From NCBI GenBank assembly GCA_038998585.1, contig JAVZGQ010000003.1, positions 10,196 through 74,195 on the forward strand: DNA of 64,000 bases, written 5' to 3'. The stretch is from Candidatus Aenigmatarchaeota archaeon (GTDB lineage: Archaea > Aenigmatarchaeota > Aenigmatarchaeia > CG10238-14 > SCSR01). Shown here one piece after another: positions 36,138 through 46,101 of the stretch (the stretch's first letter is position 1; every line of letters begins with the position of its first letter). The notes beneath the pieces were generated by a model. The model saw nothing but the letters and a program-made list of their open reading frames with translations, made no database searches and was not told the origin of the DNA. The translations under genes were made by a program, and so were the position numbers.

Positions 36138-38459
36138 ATGGCTACAAAAAAGGAATTGATCCAAGAGTTTCAAAAGAATCCTGACCGCTATTGGAAAATT
36201 AAACTTTTCGATGAGTTAGGCTTTAAAAGAAGACGATGTGGCAAATGTGGGAAATATTTTTGGTCTATAAAAGAGCAAGACACTTGTAATGACTCTACTT
36301 GCAGAAGCTATGATTTCATAGATAAACCTCCAACAAAGAAAAGTTGGGATATTTTCAAAACCTGGGAAAAAATTAAGAAATTTTTTGTTGATAATGATCA
36401 TATAGCGCTTAAACGCTATCCTACAGTCTGCAGATGGTATCCGCTTTATTTTACGATTGCAGGAATAGTAGATTTCTATCGAGTTGGTGAAGATGGTGGT
36501 CTTGATTGGGAATTTCCAGCAAACCCAACGATATTATTACAGCCTTGCTTACGCTTCAACGATATACCAAATGTCGGCCTGAATTCAAAAAGCTTTACAT
36601 GTTTTGGGATGATTCAACAAACTTCTTTATTTGACGGCAAAAAAGGCTACTGGAAGGATAAATGCATAGAACTTGATTTTAATCTCCTTACAAAAGTTTT
36701 TGGGATAAACCCAGAAGAGATAAATTTCATAGAAGATGCTTGGCTTGGTTACGGTGCTTTTGGGAGTAGTCTGGAATATCATGTTCAAGGAATAGAGCTA
36801 GGCAATGCTGTTTTTACCGAATTTTTAGGAACACCTGAAAACTATCGAGAATCAAAAGAAAAGATAATCGATATGGGAGCAGGATGGGAAAGGTTTACCT
36901 GGATAACACAAGGCACACCCACTTGCTATGATGCAGTTTTTGGGCCAGTTTTAGATAAAATGAAGAAAGTTTGTGATATAAAGTATAACAAGAAATTTTT
37001 TATACAGTATTCAAAAATTTCTGGTAAAATTAATCTTGATGAGTTCGTGGATTTCAAACCAGTTTTATCTTCTATAGCCAACACGCTTAAAATTTCTATG
37101 GAAGAATTACAAAAAACAATAGAGCCTTTACAAGCTTTATACACAATAGCAGATCATGTAAGATCTTTAGTTTTTGCAATTGCAGATGGAGGCTTGCCAA
37201 GCAATATTGCTGGTGGCTACAATCTGAGAGTTATTTTAAGGAGGTCTTTAGGCTTCATAGATAAATTTGGTTGGGATTTGAAAATATGGGACGTTGCAAA
37301 TTGGCATATAGACTATTTGAAAAATATTTTCCCCGAGCTTGAAGAAAAAAAAGAAGAAATAGAAAAGATTTTACAAGTAGAAGCAAAAAGATATGAAAAT
37401 ACAAAAGAAAGGGCAAACAGGATTATTCAAACATTTGCTGGAAGAAAACTAACAAAAGAAGATTTGATAAAATTTTATGATTCTGAGGGTATAACTCCAG
37501 AGCAACTTGGAATAGAAGTTTCTTCAGATTTCTATGCCGAGGTTACAGAAAAACATATGGTCGAAAAAAAAGAAGAGAAGAAAATAGTTTTGGATGTTTC
37601 CAAATTACCAAAAACAAAAATTCTCTATTACAATGATGTGATTAATTTCGAAGCAAGGGTTTTGAAAATTTCTGGAAATTTTGTCGTATTAGATCAAACA
37701 GCTTTTTACCCAACTTCTGGCGGTCAGGAACATGATACTGGTTATATTGGTGGAAATAGGGTTGTGGATGTGATAAATCTAAATTCTGTTATAGTTCACC
37801 AGCTTGAAGGCTGTAATTTAAAAGAGGGACAAATCGTGAAGTGTATAATTGATAATAAAAGAAGAGAAATTTTGAAGAAGCATCACGACGCAATCCATAT
37901 AATAAGCGGGGCAGCAAGAAAAGTTTTGGGTCAACATGTTCATCAATACGGTGCAGAAAAAACAGAAGAAAAGGCAAGGATCGACATCACACACTTTGAA
38001 GCTTTGAGTGAAGAGGAAGAAGAAAAAATAGAAAATCTTGCTAACGAAATTGTGCAAAGAAATTTGCCGATAAAAAAGTTCATCGTCGATAGAGGTGAGG
38101 CTGAGAAAAGGTATGGTTTTGGTATTTATGCCGGCGGGTATATTCCTTCAAGATTTTTGAGAATTGTGGAGATAGAAGGATTCGATGTTGAAGCCTGTGG
38201 AGGATTACACGGAAACAGCACGAGAGAAGTAGGGCTAATAAAAATTTTGAAGACGAAAAGAGTTGCTGACGGTTTGGTAAGAATTGAGATTAAGGCAGGG
38301 GGAATTGCTTTGGAGCACTTGAAAGAAAAAGAAAAGATATTAAGGGAAGTTCAAGAAAAGCTGAATGTAAGTGAAGAAAAAGTCGTTGAGGCTATAAAAA
38401 AACTTTTTGAAGATTGGAAGAAATTGAGAAAACAATTGAGAAAGAGGTATAAAAGATGA
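36138..38459 (+). CDS. alaS: Alanyl-tRNA synthetase (archaeal type), lacking the C-terminal C-Ala/DHHA1 domain
   Basis: MATKKELIQEF...GFKRRRCGKCGKYFWS is an archaeal AlaRS N-terminus. Editing-domain HxxxH/CGGLH motifs are present. The gene ends in the helical linker, and the ATG at 36138 is preferred over the ORF-track start at 36054. Confidence 0.88.
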   Translation: MATKKELIQEFQKNPDRYWKIKLFDELGFKRRRCGKCGKYFWSIKEQDTCNDSTCRSYDFIDKPPTKKSWDIFKTWEKIKKFFVDNDHIALKRYPTVCRWYPLYFTIAGIVDFYRVGEDGGLDWEFPANPTILLQPCLRFNDIPNVGLNSKSFTCFGMIQQTSLFDGKKGYWKDKCIELDFNLLTKVFGINPEEINFIEDAWLGYGAFGSSLEYHVQGIELGNAVFTEFLGTPENYRESKEKIIDMGAGWERFTWITQGTPTCYDAVFGPVLDKMKKVCDIKYNKKFFIQYSKISGKINLDEFVDFKPVLSSIANTLKISMEELQKTIEPLQALYTIADHVRSLVFAIADGGLPSNIAGGYNLRVILRRSLGFIDKFGWDLKIWDVANWHIDYLKNIFPELEEKKEEIEKILQVEAKRYENTKERANRIIQTFAGRKLTKEDLIKFYDSEGITPEQLGIEVSSDFYAEVTEKHMVEKKEEKKIVLDVSKLPKTKILYYNDVINFEARVLKISGNFVVLDQTAFYPTSGGQEHDTGYIGGNRVVDVINLNSVIVHQLEGCNLKEGQIVKCIIDNKRREILKKHHDAIHIISGAARKVLGQHVHQYGAEKTEEKARIDITHFEALSEEEEEKIENLANEIVQRNLPIKKFIVDRGEAEKRYGFGIYAGGYIPSRFLRIVEIEGFDVEACGGLHGNSTREVGLIKILKTKRVADGLVRIEIKAGGIALEHLKEKEKILREVQEKLNVSEEKVVEAIKKLFEDWKKLRKQLRKRYKR

Positions 38460-38611
38460 TTTCAAAAAAAGAGTGGGAAGAGCTTAAGAAAAAAGAAAAA
38501 ATATTGAGTGAGGCTACTAAAATTCTTAGGGTTGAAGATAAAGACTTGCCTAGAGTTATAGAAAGATTTCAAAGAGAAATAAAAGAAATGAAAGAAAAAT
38601 TAAAAAGTTAA
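38456..38611 (+). CDS. Mini-ORF (51 aa) duplicating the AlaRS C-terminal helical linker
   Basis: MISKKEWEELKKKEKILSEATKILRVEDKDLPRVIERFQREIKEMKEKLKS aligns with the AlaRS tail KEKEKILREVQEKLNVSEEKVVEAIKKLFEDWKKLRKQLRK. The start overlaps the alaS stop (ATGA). Confidence 0.45.
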   Translation: MISKKEWEELKKKEKILSEATKILRVEDKDLPRVIERFQREIKEMKEKLKS

Positions 38612-38616
38612 ACATT

Positions 38617-39207
38617 CTATACTCTTGGCAATATTATCAAACCTTCTTCAGGGTCGCCTATAGCAAGGTAATTGTTTTCCAAGAACAACTTCCCAACTAA
38701 GGCCGAGGTAATAGCATCTAGCTCGTCATCCGTTATCTTATTTTTTTCAACATCTCCTTTAAACCCAAATTTTATCAAGGCCTTTCTCAATTTTTCCCGA
38801 CCTTCTTGTTTTCTCGGCATTTTCAATATATCTTGAGCTGCCCCCGGAAAGCTTTCTATCACTTTGTACCCTTTCTTTTCGAGGAATTTTTTTAGCTTCA
38901 TTCCTCTTTTCGTCAAGCTTCTCATGGGGCCAAGAGTGAGAGGAAAGAATTTTATTCTCATTTTTAAAAGCTCTCTGTCACACGCTCTTAAATGAGGAGC
39001 TCCCTTATTTTCAAGAGTTTTTCTACCTTTTGGTAAACAAAGCGGAGCATCTATGCTTATTATATCAGGATCCCTTTTGAGAGTCTCCTTGACTATTTCT
39101 TTATCCGAATGTAAAGCAATGGTTTCACAGTTTAAATTTTCATCTATGAAACAAAAGCCGGTGACTCGCTTCTCGCTACCTGCCAAATCTATGCCAACAA
39201 TTCTCAT
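38617..39207 (-). CDS. Predicted RNase H-fold nuclease (DUF429/COG2410-like)
   Basis: Contains MRIVGIDLAGSEKRVTGFCFID...IISIDAPLCLP...RACDREL, a pattern typical of this family. Confidence 0.55.
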   Translation of the reverse strand: MRIVGIDLAGSEKRVTGFCFIDENLNCETIALHSDKEIVKETLKRDPDIISIDAPLCLPKGRKTLENKGAPHLRACDRELLKMRIKFFPLTLGPMRSLTKRGMKLKKFLEKKGYKVIESFPGAAQDILKMPRKQEGREKLRKALIKFGFKGDVEKNKITDDELDAITSALVGKLFLENNYLAIGDPEEGLIILPRV

Positions 39208-39265
39208 ACCAATCCTTCAAATAAAAATTTTTTTATCTTTAGACAATCTCTTTGTTCGCCCAAAC

Positions 39266-39715
39266 TTAAACTCCAGCACATTCTATAGGCGGGTAAATCA
39301 TGATTTCACACAAAATTCCCATGACATTTTCTTCTGTTATATTATCTCCTTCCAAAAATTTTTCTTGGAGATAAATTCTATTCTCAGTAATGTTAAATCC
39401 TATGAAATGAAGCTTAGATTCACTTCCATTCACCAAAATTTTTTCCAAGAAGACCTTGTCTTTATAATTGTTTACAATAGACTCTAGAAAAGAAATTTTT
39501 TCTTGGCAATAAGTGCAATTCTTTCCATAAAAGAATTCCACTAAGGTCATACCCTGCCTTAAAACCAAATTTTTTTGGTTTAGATCAAGCTCATAATCAA
39601 TTATATTTCCTTCTGGTAGCTTTGGTTGAAAAATAAGAGAAGAAATGTAATAGATAAATGTAGAGCTAAGCATAAGCAGAATTAAAACAGCTCCGAGTAA
39701 AGAAGACCTCTTCAT
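39266..39715 (-). CDS. Membrane-anchored thioredoxin-fold protein (CxxC)
   Basis: An N-terminal TM helix is followed by LVEFFYGKNCTYCQEKISFLE, the thioredoxin-like CxxC context. Confidence 0.55.
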   Translation of the reverse strand: MKRSSLLGAVLILLMLSSTFIYYISSLIFQPKLPEGNIIDYELDLNQKNLVLRQGMTLVEFFYGKNCTYCQEKISFLESIVNNYKDKVFLEKILVNGSESKLHFIGFNITENRIYLQEKFLEGDNITEENVMGILCEIMIYPPIECAGV

Positions 39716-39761
39716 ACTTTAAGAAATTTAATATTTCAAGATTAAATCTTTTATAGAGAGA

Positions 39762-40553
39762 ATGGTCCTGGAAAGATTAGTAACCGTGAGGAGCGCTATC
39801 AAGCGGCCATTTTGGGTTTTTATAATCGGCGGCTTGATATCCACTATAAGCTTGTCCTTATCTTTCTTACTTTTCCCGGATTCTGCAGGTTTTATAAGTA
39901 GCTTCTTTATCACCTTTGGGATAATGCCTTTTATGTTAGATTTCATAAAATATGAGGGAGCGAATGTTGATCAGAAAGCGGAAGAATTGAAGAAAATGAA
40001 CATATTTCAAAGACACAGAAATGTGATTATGGTTTACACAGCCTTTTTTACCGGCATGGTTCTAACCCAAACAATTCTTTATATAATGATTCCAGAATCC
40101 TTGTCCCAGAAGCTCTTTGAAGATCAAATAACACAAATAAACTTAATAAGAGGCAGAGTAACTTTTAGTGGAACATTCTCAGCAATACTTTTTAACAATT
40201 CTGGCGTTCTACTCCTTTCTTTTCTATTCTCTTTCTTATTTGGAGCAGGCGCGGTTTTTATTTTAGCCTGGAATGCTTCTGTTCTTTCTGTAGCAATTGG
40301 TATGACTGCAAAAAGCCTGGGTGGGCTCAAAGGTATACCTTTAGCAATTCTGACTTTCTTTCCGCACGGGAGTCTTGAAATTTTAGCTTATTTTATAGGC
40401 GGAATTGCTGGTGGCTTGGCCTCTATTTCTTTCACAAAAAGAAAGACAGAAAAGTTTAGTTTCATCTTGAGGGATAGTTTTGAAATGATCTTGACAGCAT
40501 TTGTTTTATTGGTTATAGCCGCAGCAATTGAAACAACAATGATTGTGGTCTGA
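39762..40553 (+). CDS. SpoIIM/DUF95-family membrane protein
   Basis: Multiple TM helices, with FFPHGSLEILAYFIGGIAG characteristic of DUF95. Confidence 0.65.
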   Translation: MVLERLVTVRSAIKRPFWVFIIGGLISTISLSLSFLLFPDSAGFISSFFITFGIMPFMLDFIKYEGANVDQKAEELKKMNIFQRHRNVIMVYTAFFTGMVLTQTILYIMIPESLSQKLFEDQITQINLIRGRVTFSGTFSAILFNNSGVLLLSFLFSFLFGAGAVFILAWNASVLSVAIGMTAKSLGGLKGIPLAILTFFPHGSLEILAYFIGGIAGGLASISFTKRKTEKFSFILRDSFEMILTAFVLLVIAAAIETTMIVV

Positions 40554-43256
40554 TCACTCTAAGTAAATTCCAGGTTTACCATACTTTGCTTTCACAGCCT
40601 TGTTCTGTGGGTCATATCTTTTCTCATCTGAAGTTTTGAAAGCAAAAACTTTCTTAAACCCAAATTTTTTCTTCAAGTATTTTTCAAACTCTTTAAAATA
40701 CTCCAACTCTTTTTCAGTAACAAAATAAAAATAGGCTTTTTCTTTCTCATCGGTAAGCTTTTTGACTTGAGAAATATCTTCCATTAACCTCTTAAAGTTT
40801 TCTTCCAGCTCAATGACATTTTTATCAATTTTGTTTTCATCAAACTCCGGCCATTTTTCAACACAAACAAAACCATTGTTCCCTAATAAGCTCCACCATT
40901 CTTCTGTGATATGTGGTAAAACAGGGTTAAGAATTTTTATTAAAGTATTTATGGCATCCGAAATTATTTGCTTGTTACAATTCTTAATTCCACCACATCT
41001 TTCAACATATTCTTTCAAGTCATTCAAGAATTCAAAGAATGCGACTTGGACAGCAGTTCTAAACCTAAGTTGTTCATATGCTTCCCCAGTCTTTTTCACA
41101 TGCTGTTGAACCTTGCTTTGTATTAACAAGTCAATTTTTCTCACATCTTCTCTTTTAGCTTTTTTCAGATCTTTGACAAGTTTTGAAATGAAACTAATTT
41201 TTGAAGCATATGTTGCAACAGTTTCATCCCTCCAGTCTGCATCGTCCAAGTTTTCGGCAGAAGCAATGATGTTTATTCTCACCAAATCGCTTCCGATTCT
41301 TTCAATCAGACCTTTTAATGGTATTATATTACCTTTAGATTTGCTCATTTTCGTCCCACTTACATTAACAAAGCCATTGACCCCTATCATTCGTGGCCAA
41401 TATTTTGGGTCATCCCAAACAGCAACATGGTGGAAAAGAAAGAAAGTCAAATGATTTTGTACAAGATCTTTTCCAGATCCCCTGAAGTCTACAGGGTAGA
41501 AATATTCAAATTCTTTTTTCATTTCTTCTATAATTTCTTTTTCCAAACCTGATTTTTTGCTCAAATCTTCCAAATTTCCTCTGCTCAAAAAAATATAGTC
41601 AAAGACTTCATCTGTTAGTTTTTCGGCAGGCACTTGTTTTTCATTTATCACTCTGGCTATAGTGTAATAGGCCATGTAAATCACACTATCAGAGAGCGTC
41701 TCAATTATCCAGCTTTTGTCCCAAGGCAAGGGTGTGCCTAAACCTGTCTTTCTTGTGCAAGCTTTATCCTTCAGCCAATCGACTGTGTTAAGGAACTGGC
41801 TTCTTATCTCTTCTGGATAAAACTTCATAGACTTTATGCATTGTCTAACCCTCTCTTTCCAACTTTCGTCAGAAAACTTCAAAAACCACTGATTCTCCAA
41901 AATCTTCACATGATTTTTTGTCCCGCATCTACAAACAACTGGACCAGTTGATTCCCACATCACATCGGCTATTCCTCTATCAATAAAATCTCTTGAAAGC
42001 TTTTCCTTGCAAGCAGAAACCCTCATTCCAGAGTATTCACCACAATTTTCTTTCAAAACACCAAGATGAAATTCTTTCTTGTAGAGTTGGGAAGTGGCTT
42101 CATTTAATTTTTCTTTATCATTTTGGTCTTTCACTCCAAGCTTTTCACAAAATTCTATTCCAGGGTGCTCACCAAACTCAGGAGTTTTTATAAGCGAGAT
42201 TGGTTTAATTTCAAGCACAACTTTAGGATCAATTCCATATTTCTTCAATTCTTCAGGATTTCTCTGCAAGTCATATAGACCAATCCAATCATAGGGAGCG
42301 TGAGAAGGGACGGACATCACTATTCCAGTAGCAGCATCAGGATCAACAAAGCTTGCGGGTAAAATTATAACTTTGTTTTTTGTCACAGGATTTTCAACAT
42401 ATTTACCCACAATATTTGATCCTTTCACACTGTTTAAAATCTCAACTTTTTTGAGCTGGTCATTTAATTTTTTCACAGCCTCTTTACTTAGCAACCAAGT
42501 TTCATCATCAACTCTGGCCCAAACATAGTCTACATCAGGATTTATCCAAATATTTGTAACACCATAAATGGTTTCTGGTCTTAAAGTTCCACAAGGCAAA
42601 ATTTCCCCCGAGTCCAACTTGAATTTAATTAAAATGTAATCTATAGGGCTTTCTCCCTCACCCTTCAACCTATCATGATCACCGGTTGGTGACTGACATT
42701 TTGGGCACCAAATTACGGGATGCGTGCCTTGAGCTATATATCCTTTTTTTCTTAAAGTATTGTATTGCCATTCAATGAACCTAGAATATTGTGGAGTTAT
42801 AGTTGTGGTAATGAAAGTTCTTCTCCAATCTATCGAGCATCCGGCTAATTTAAGAGCTTCAACCCATTTTTTCATCCAATATTTTGCCACAAAAACAGGA
42901 CCTTTCTCGATGAAAGCTTGAATATCTTTATCGGTAGCGCCATAGATTTTGAAAGTGTCTTTTTGAGACTCATCCCCGTTTTTTAATCTTTCTATTGTAC
43001 CTAGAATAGGCTCACCGGTAGCATGAAAGCCTTGAGGATAAAGAACATTAAAGCCTTGCATTCTTTTAAATCTTGCAAAAGAATCTACCCTGAAAAAAGA
43101 AAAACTATGGCCTATATGAGGTGCACCATTCACATATGGATATGGAAATGTGATGAAAAATTTTTTTCTGTTTTCATCAACATTTGCTTCGAAGACTTTA
43201 GATTTTTCCCATTCATTTTGCCACTTATTCTCTATTTTTCTTATAGATAAAACCAT
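40554..43256 (-). CDS. leuS: Leucyl-tRNA synthetase (archaeal type)
   Basis: Contains IENKWQNEWEKSKVFEA...FPYPYVNGAPHIGHSFSF (HIGH region), the CP1 editing domain and KMSKSKGN. Confidence 0.9.
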   Translation of the reverse strand: MVLSIRKIENKWQNEWEKSKVFEANVDENRKKFFITFPYPYVNGAPHIGHSFSFFRVDSFARFKRMQGFNVLYPQGFHATGEPILGTIERLKNGDESQKDTFKIYGATDKDIQAFIEKGPVFVAKYWMKKWVEALKLAGCSIDWRRTFITTTITPQYSRFIEWQYNTLRKKGYIAQGTHPVIWCPKCQSPTGDHDRLKGEGESPIDYILIKFKLDSGEILPCGTLRPETIYGVTNIWINPDVDYVWARVDDETWLLSKEAVKKLNDQLKKVEILNSVKGSNIVGKYVENPVTKNKVIILPASFVDPDAATGIVMSVPSHAPYDWIGLYDLQRNPEELKKYGIDPKVVLEIKPISLIKTPEFGEHPGIEFCEKLGVKDQNDKEKLNEATSQLYKKEFHLGVLKENCGEYSGMRVSACKEKLSRDFIDRGIADVMWESTGPVVCRCGTKNHVKILENQWFLKFSDESWKERVRQCIKSMKFYPEEIRSQFLNTVDWLKDKACTRKTGLGTPLPWDKSWIIETLSDSVIYMAYYTIARVINEKQVPAEKLTDEVFDYIFLSRGNLEDLSKKSGLEKEIIEEMKKEFEYFYPVDFRGSGKDLVQNHLTFFLFHHVAVWDDPKYWPRMIGVNGFVNVSGTKMSKSKGNIIPLKGLIERIGSDLVRINIIASAENLDDADWRDETVATYASKISFISKLVKDLKKAKREDVRKIDLLIQSKVQQHVKKTGEAYEQLRFRTAVQVAFFEFLNDLKEYVERCGGIKNCNKQIISDAINTLIKILNPVLPHITEEWWSLLGNNGFVCVEKWPEFDENKIDKNVIELEENFKRLMEDISQVKKLTDEKEKAYFYFVTEKELEYFKEFEKYLKKKFGFKKVFAFKTSDEKRYDPQNKAVKAKYGKPGIYLE

Positions 43257-43438
43257 ACCTAACCTCCTAAATAAATTAAATATAGAAAGAAAAGTTTAAG
43301 CTTATACGAGAAGTCGCTCACCCATCTAGCTCACTAAATTATTTTAGGAAGAAAAGATTAAAAAGCTTTTATACTTTTTTAATTTCTTTGTCTAAAAGAA
43401 TATGATAAACAAAATAACTTATAAACATCTCGCTATAT

Positions 43439-43486
43439 TGTGTGTTTAATTTACACCAGTTTAAGTGAATTTAATTAAGACACACA
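43439..43486. repeat. Imperfect 13-bp inverted repeat / hairpin downstream of acs
   Basis: TGTGTGTTTAATT ... AATTAAGACACACA pairs with one bulged G around a 21-nt loop. It lies about 55 nt past the acs stop. Confidence 0.35.
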
Positions 43487-43540
43487 CAAAGGTTCGGCGC
43501 CAGACTTGCTCTTTATACTAAGAACTTATATAAAAAATTA

Positions 43541-45493
43541 TTATTTCTGTAGGGTTTGTTTAATTTTTTCAACACATTCGGGGTTCATCAAAGTTGAGGT
43601 ATCTCCAAGTTCTTCACCCCTAATTAATCTTTTGAGTATATGCCTGATGATTTTCCCACTTCTAGTCTTTGGCAAATCTTGAACATAAACTATTTTAGCA
43701 GGCTTTGCTATGGGCCCAATTTTTTTTGCCACAAACTCGATCAGCTCAGAAGAAAGTTTCTCACTTGTTTCAAAGCTAGGTTTCAAAACAACAAAAGCTA
43801 TTGGCACCTCTCCCTTTATTTCGTCTGGCAAACCAACAACAGCCGATTCTACAACAGCTTCGTGCAAGTTTATTGCATCTTCGATTTCAGCATTCGATAA
43901 TCTGTGGCCAGCAACTTTTAAAACATCATCAACTCTTCCGGTTATTCTGATTAAACCGTTCTCATCCCTAAGAGCACCATCGCCTGTGAGATAAATCTCC
44001 TTTCCATATTTAGTGAAATAACTTTCTTCGTATTTTTTATGGTTTTTGTAGATTCCCCTAAGCATGCCTGGGGGGAAGGGCGGCAATATTACAAGATTTC
44101 CTATCTGATTTGGTTGACAAGGTCTACCCACTTCATCCAAAATTTCTACTTTAATTCCCGGAAAGGGTAGACCGACGAAAGCTGGCTTGAACGGCCCAAT
44201 TCCCGGTAAAGAACTTATAATTATTCCCCCGGTTTCAGTTTGCCACCAAGTATCAACTATTAAACATTTTTTCTTACCCACATTCTCAAAATACCAATTC
44301 CAAGTTCTTTCATCCATGACCTCACCAACTGAGCCCAAAAGCCTTAGACTTTTAAGCTTATACTTCTTAAAAACCTCGCTACCCAATCTTTCGAACATCC
44401 TGATTGCAGTTGGGGCTGTGTAAAAAATTGTTACCTTGTGTTTCTCAATAATTTGGGCCCATCTCTCTACAGAAGGATAATCAAGGGCACCTTCAAAAAT
44501 TAAGGTTGTTATTCCATTTAGTAGTGGGGAATAACAGAGGTATGTGTGTCCTGTAATCCAACCTAAATCAGAAGTGCACCAGAGTAAATCTTTTTCATGA
44601 AAATCAAAGATCCATTTCCCCGTCCAATAGGCTTGAACAGTATAGCCCCCCACGCTGTGTAAAATTGGTAAAAACTCTCCAGTTGTTCCACTTTCAGGTA
44701 AAATAAAAAATGGGTCTTCTGAATCCAAAATTTCTGGTGGGCAATTTTCTGATTCGTTTTTGACTAAATCGTCCCACCATAAATCCCTTTTTGAATCAAA
44801 AGGAATATCAATTTTCACCCTTTTGACAACAATTACTTTTTCGACTTTAGTATCTTTTATACCCTCATCCGCATTTTTTTTAAGTTCAATTATCTTTCCT
44901 CTCCTAAAATATCCGTCAGCAGTAATTAAAAATTTGCATCCCCCAATTTTCAATCTTTGTTGCAGAGCATGTGGCAAAAAAGCAGAAAAGCTAACCAAAT
45001 GAACTGCCCCAATTCTGGCACAGGCCAATATCGAGATTATTGCTTCAGGAATCATTGGCATGTAGATCCCAATAACATCTCCCTTCTTTACCCCAATCCT
45101 CTTCAAACCGTTTGCTGCTTTATTCACTTGCTTGAAAAGTTCTTCATAAGTTAAAACTCTTGTGTTTTCTTCAATTGGTTCAGGTTCCCATATCAGGGCA
45201 GGCTTATTTTTAATCTTCTCCCAATTCAGATTTTTTTCGAAGATGTTGGAAGTTATGTTTATCTTTCCTCCCAAAAACCATTTGAAATAAGGTGGCTCAT
45301 GTACAAAGAGTTTTTCCCATTTTTTAAACCAGAAAAGTTGCTCTGCTAAGCCTTCCCAAAACTTTAGAGGGTCTTTACTTGCTTCTTCATAAATTTTCTT
45401 GTCAGAAATCCATGCCCCTTTCCTCATTCTACCAGAAGGCCAATACATCCCATCTTTCTTAATAACCCAAGAATTTCCAAAGTCAAAAAACAT
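43541..45493 (-). CDS. acs: Acetyl-CoA synthetase (AMP-forming acetate--CoA ligase)
   Basis: The ACS N-terminal region (WPSGRM...YEEASKDPLKFWE) is present, with AMP-binding motifs (ESGTTG-like, YWTGKW, TGDGALRDENG, PKTRSGKIIR). Confidence 0.85.
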   Translation of the reverse strand: MFFDFGNSWVIKKDGMYWPSGRMRKGAWISDKKIYEEASKDPLKFWEGLAEQLFWFKKWEKLFVHEPPYFKWFLGGKINITSNIFEKNLNWEKIKNKPALIWEPEPIEENTRVLTYEELFKQVNKAANGLKRIGVKKGDVIGIYMPMIPEAIISILACARIGAVHLVSFSAFLPHALQQRLKIGGCKFLITADGYFRRGKIIELKKNADEGIKDTKVEKVIVVKRVKIDIPFDSKRDLWWDDLVKNESENCPPEILDSEDPFFILPESGTTGEFLPILHSVGGYTVQAYWTGKWIFDFHEKDLLWCTSDLGWITGHTYLCYSPLLNGITTLIFEGALDYPSVERWAQIIEKHKVTIFYTAPTAIRMFERLGSEVFKKYKLKSLRLLGSVGEVMDERTWNWYFENVGKKKCLIVDTWWQTETGGIIISSLPGIGPFKPAFVGLPFPGIKVEILDEVGRPCQPNQIGNLVILPPFPPGMLRGIYKNHKKYEESYFTKYGKEIYLTGDGALRDENGLIRITGRVDDVLKVAGHRLSNAEIEDAINLHEAVVESAVVGLPDEIKGEVPIAFVVLKPSFETSEKLSSELIEFVAKKIGPIAKPAKIVYVQDLPKTRSGKIIRHILKRLIRGEELGDTSTLMNPECVEKIKQTLQK

Positions 45494-45525
45494 ATTCTTT
45501 AATTTATCTTGTTGTGATAAAAATC

Positions 45526-46098
45526 TTACATTTTGAAAGCTTCTTCAAAAACTTTTTTGTTGAGTTCCAGAAATTCTGGCCTGATTTTTTTAGCAACAGC
45601 TTTCCAGGCGTTTTCTTTCTTGAGCGGTAGCAACCTCTTATTTATTGCATAGCCTAGCATAAAGATGTTGCTCATTGCATCTTCTCCTGTCAAACTTTCA
45701 ACAATTTTACTAGCATTAACAACTTCAACTTTTGCAAACTTTTTTATTTCTTTCAAGATGCTTCCTGCGTCTAAGTATTTTTCTAGAATTGGTCTAGGGT
45801 GCAAAAGCTTTTTATCTGTTAAGATTGTCGTATTCTTATTGGCATAATAGCAAGCCCTCCAAGCCTCCAAAACATCCAAAGCTATTATTAAGTTTGCCCC
45901 AGCTTTTCTAACAAGCGGTGAAAAAATTTTATCACCAAATCTTACATGACATTGCAATGCTCCACCTCTTTGAGAAAGGCCATGCACTTCTGTAGATTTA
46001 ACATCATGACCTTCTTCAACTGCAGCTCTACCTATAATTTCAGCCAAGCTCAAGACCCCTTGACCACCATACCCAATAACAACTAGATTGAATCTCAT
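45526..46098 (-). CDS. iorB: Indolepyruvate:ferredoxin oxidoreductase beta subunit
   Basis: Contains MRFNLVVIGYGGQGVLSLAEIIGRAA, with a size and position immediately downstream of iorA. Confidence 0.8.
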   Translation of the reverse strand: MRFNLVVIGYGGQGVLSLAEIIGRAAVEEGHDVKSTEVHGLSQRGGALQCHVRFGDKIFSPLVRKAGANLIIALDVLEAWRACYYANKNTTILTDKKLLHPRPILEKYLDAGSILKEIKKFAKVEVVNASKIVESLTGEDAMSNIFMLGYAINKRLLPLKKENAWKAVAKKIRPEFLELNKKVFEEAFKM

Positions 46099-46101
46099 TT
46101 T

